Shown: positions 62,578 to 64,000 of the stretch, piece after piece
Numbering within the stretch: position 1 is the first letter of the stretch
How the letters are laid out: the number at the start of each line of letters is the position of its first letter
Source: Escherichia phage vB_EcoM_G50
DNA: 64,000 nucleotides
Direction: 5' to 3' (one strand)
Sequence record: NC_054917.1
The notes under the pieces: model-generated
Seen by the model: only the letters and a program-made list of their open reading frames with translations
What the model was told of the DNA's origin: nothing
Databases searched by the model: none
Program-made: the position numbers and the translations under genes

Positions 62578-63234
62578 ATGGCAGCACCTAGAATATCATT
62601 TTCGCCCTCTGATATTCTGTTGGGTGTTCTAGATCGCTTGTTCAAAGATAACGCTACCGGGAAAGTTCTTGCTTCCCGGGTAGCTGTCGTAATTCTTTTG
62701 TTTATAATGGCGATTGTTTGGTATAGGGGAGATAGTTTCTTTGAGTACTATAAGCAATCAAAGTATGAAACATACAGTGAAATTATTGAAAAGGAAAGAA
62801 ATGCACGCTTTGAATCTGTCGCCCTGGAACAACTCCAGATAGTTCACATATCATCTGAGGCAGACTTTAGTGCGGTGTATTCTTTCCGCCCTAAAAACTT
62901 AAACTATTTTGTTGATATTATAGCATATGAAGGAAAATTACCTTCAACAATAAGTGAAAAATCACTTGGAGGATATCCTGTTGATAAAACTATGGATGAA
63001 TACACAGTTCATTTAAATGGACGTCATTATTATTCCAACTCAAAATTTGCTTTTTTACCAACTAAAAAGCCTACTCCCGAAATAAATTACATGTACAGTT
63101 GTCCATATTTTAATTTGGATAACATCTATGCTGGAACAATAACCATGTACTGGTATAGAAATGATCATATAAGTAATGACCGCCTTGAATCAATATGTTC
63201 TCAGGCGGCCAGAATATTAGGAAGGGCTAAATAA
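62578..63234 (+). CDS. t: Holin T
   Basis: 218 aa; single N-proximal TM (VAVVILLFIMAIVWY) and large periplasmic domain. Confidence 0.93.
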   Translation: MAAPRISFSPSDILLGVLDRLFKDNATGKVLASRVAVVILLFIMAIVWYRGDSFFEYYKQSKYETYSEIIEKERNARFESVALEQLQIVHISSEADFSAVYSFRPKNLNYFVDIIAYEGKLPSTISEKSLGGYPVDKTMDEYTVHLNGRHYYSNSKFAFLPTKKPTPEINYMYSCPYFNLDNIYAGTITMYWYRNDHISNDRLESICSQAARILGRAK

Positions 63235-63507
63235 TTATTTGTTTGTATACATCTCTAGATATCGATATACACCCTCAAAACCCTCGTTGAATTCGTCGAT
63301 GAGGGTTTTCTTATCTTCTTGAGTTAATTCAGAAACAATTTTACGGAATGAATTCTGATTTAACTTTCTACCTTCATGCGTTACTCCAATCTCATTCAGA
63401 AATGCAATAAAATTAGCACGATTCTCAACAATATCTTCTCTGGAAAATTTAATCAAAATAGACGCAACAGTAATAATTTCACGAACTGTATCAATGTTTT
63501 TATTCAT
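63235..63507 (-). CDS. asiA: Anti-sigma70 protein AsiA
   Basis: 90 aa; recognised T4 AsiA sequence. Confidence 0.93.
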   Translation of the reverse strand: MNKNIDTVREIITVASILIKFSREDIVENRANFIAFLNEIGVTHEGRKLNQNSFRKIVSELTQEDKKTLIDEFNEGFEGVYRYLEMYTNK

Positions 63508-63519
63508 TAACTATACCAC

Positions 63520-63672
63520 TCAATTAGTTGACTTTATTATAATATCATCAGACACTTGATTTGTAAACTGGTCTGTGTTATTTTCTTCAAAAATTTTTTC
63601 TACGAATTCTTTGAACGACTCACGTTCCTGAGCTACATTATGCTCGATTACCTTTTCAAGATTATGACTCAT
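63520..63672 (-). CDS. Small ORF between arn and asiA
   Basis: 50-aa ORF found by manual translation; ATGA overlap with arn stop; contains the asiA early promoter; not verified. Confidence 0.3.
   Translation of the reverse strand: MSHNLEKVIEHNVAQERESFKEFVEKIFEENNTDQFTNQVSDDIIIKSTN
63537..63568 (-). promoter_or_regulatory. Early promoter for asiA
   Basis: minus-strand GTTTACA, 17 nt, TGATATTAT. Confidence 0.5.
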
Positions 63673-63947
63673 TCGAAATAATCTTCAATTTCGTAATCAT
63701 GGACGTAAATCATTATAGTTTTTAATACATCATCAATACTTTTTCCTGGAGCTGGAATTACGTAAAAATATCCCGCCTTTGAGTTATCTTTATAAGTTCC
63801 AACCAAGAAATCATTATTCTCAAGATGTAGTTCTTCAACTAATTCATCGACAATTGAGTGGTATAAATTTGGTAGAAACTTATATAGCTTTTCTAGAATA
63901 TCAATTTTGATTGTATATTGAACCACAGATTGAGAATCAATAATCAT
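63669..63947 (-). CDS. arn: Probable Arn (anti-restriction nuclease, McrBC inhibitor)
   Basis: 92-aa acidic protein at the T4 arn position upstream of asiA; length matches. Confidence 0.5.
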   Translation of the reverse strand: MIIDSQSVVQYTIKIDILEKLYKFLPNLYHSIVDELVEELHLENNDFLVGTYKDNSKAGYFYVIPAPGKSIDDVLKTIMIYVHDYEIEDYFE

Positions 63948-64000
63948 AGACCTTCCCCTTATGTTTCTGTTTGCGATTAGATTCTTTAAACGCTTTCTTC

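Noticed and set aside
62178-62645. Several 65-95-aa ORFs on both strands overlapping gene 38
   Set aside because: Artefacts of the GC-rich glycine-codon repeats; they lie entirely within the well-supported gp38 frame.

Overview
This 64 kb window is a contiguous piece of a T4-like (T-even, Tequatrovirus-type) coliphage genome, running from the tail sheath gene 18 to arn. All calls rest on reading the ORF translations and the DNA by eye and on remembered T4 protein sequences, lengths and gene order; no database search or folding was run. Names of small accessory ORFs (30.x, cd.x, pseT.x, frd.x, nrdA.x) are positional guesses. The layout is canonical: plus-strand late structural blocks (18-19-20-67-68-21-22-23-24; uvsW; 51-27-28-29-48-54; 34-35-36-37-38-t) alternate with minus-strand early/middle blocks (rnlB-hoc-inh; uvsY-25-26; alt through rnh; asiA-arn). 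TATAAATA late-promoter motifs, GTTTAC/extended -10 early promoters, MotA-box middle promoters and GC-rich UUCG-tetraloop hairpins sit where expected. The phage is not reference T4 as I recall it: hoc has a 30-bp in-frame duplication, td and nrdB are uninterrupted (no group I introns), gp37/gp38 are T2-type, and there is an extra 115-aa ORF between frd and td. The most interesting region is an ADP-ribosylation cluster: two tandem Alt-type ADP-ribosyltransferase genes with diverged central domains, lying about 2 kb from a NADAR-like (ADP-ribose-processing) ORF and a HAD-like ORF in the DNA ligase operon. A near-identical early promoter/leader cassette is also duplicated 16 kb apart, and a mobE-like HNH homing endonuclease sits between nrdA and nrdB. 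No tRNA, rRNA or CRISPR array was seen.
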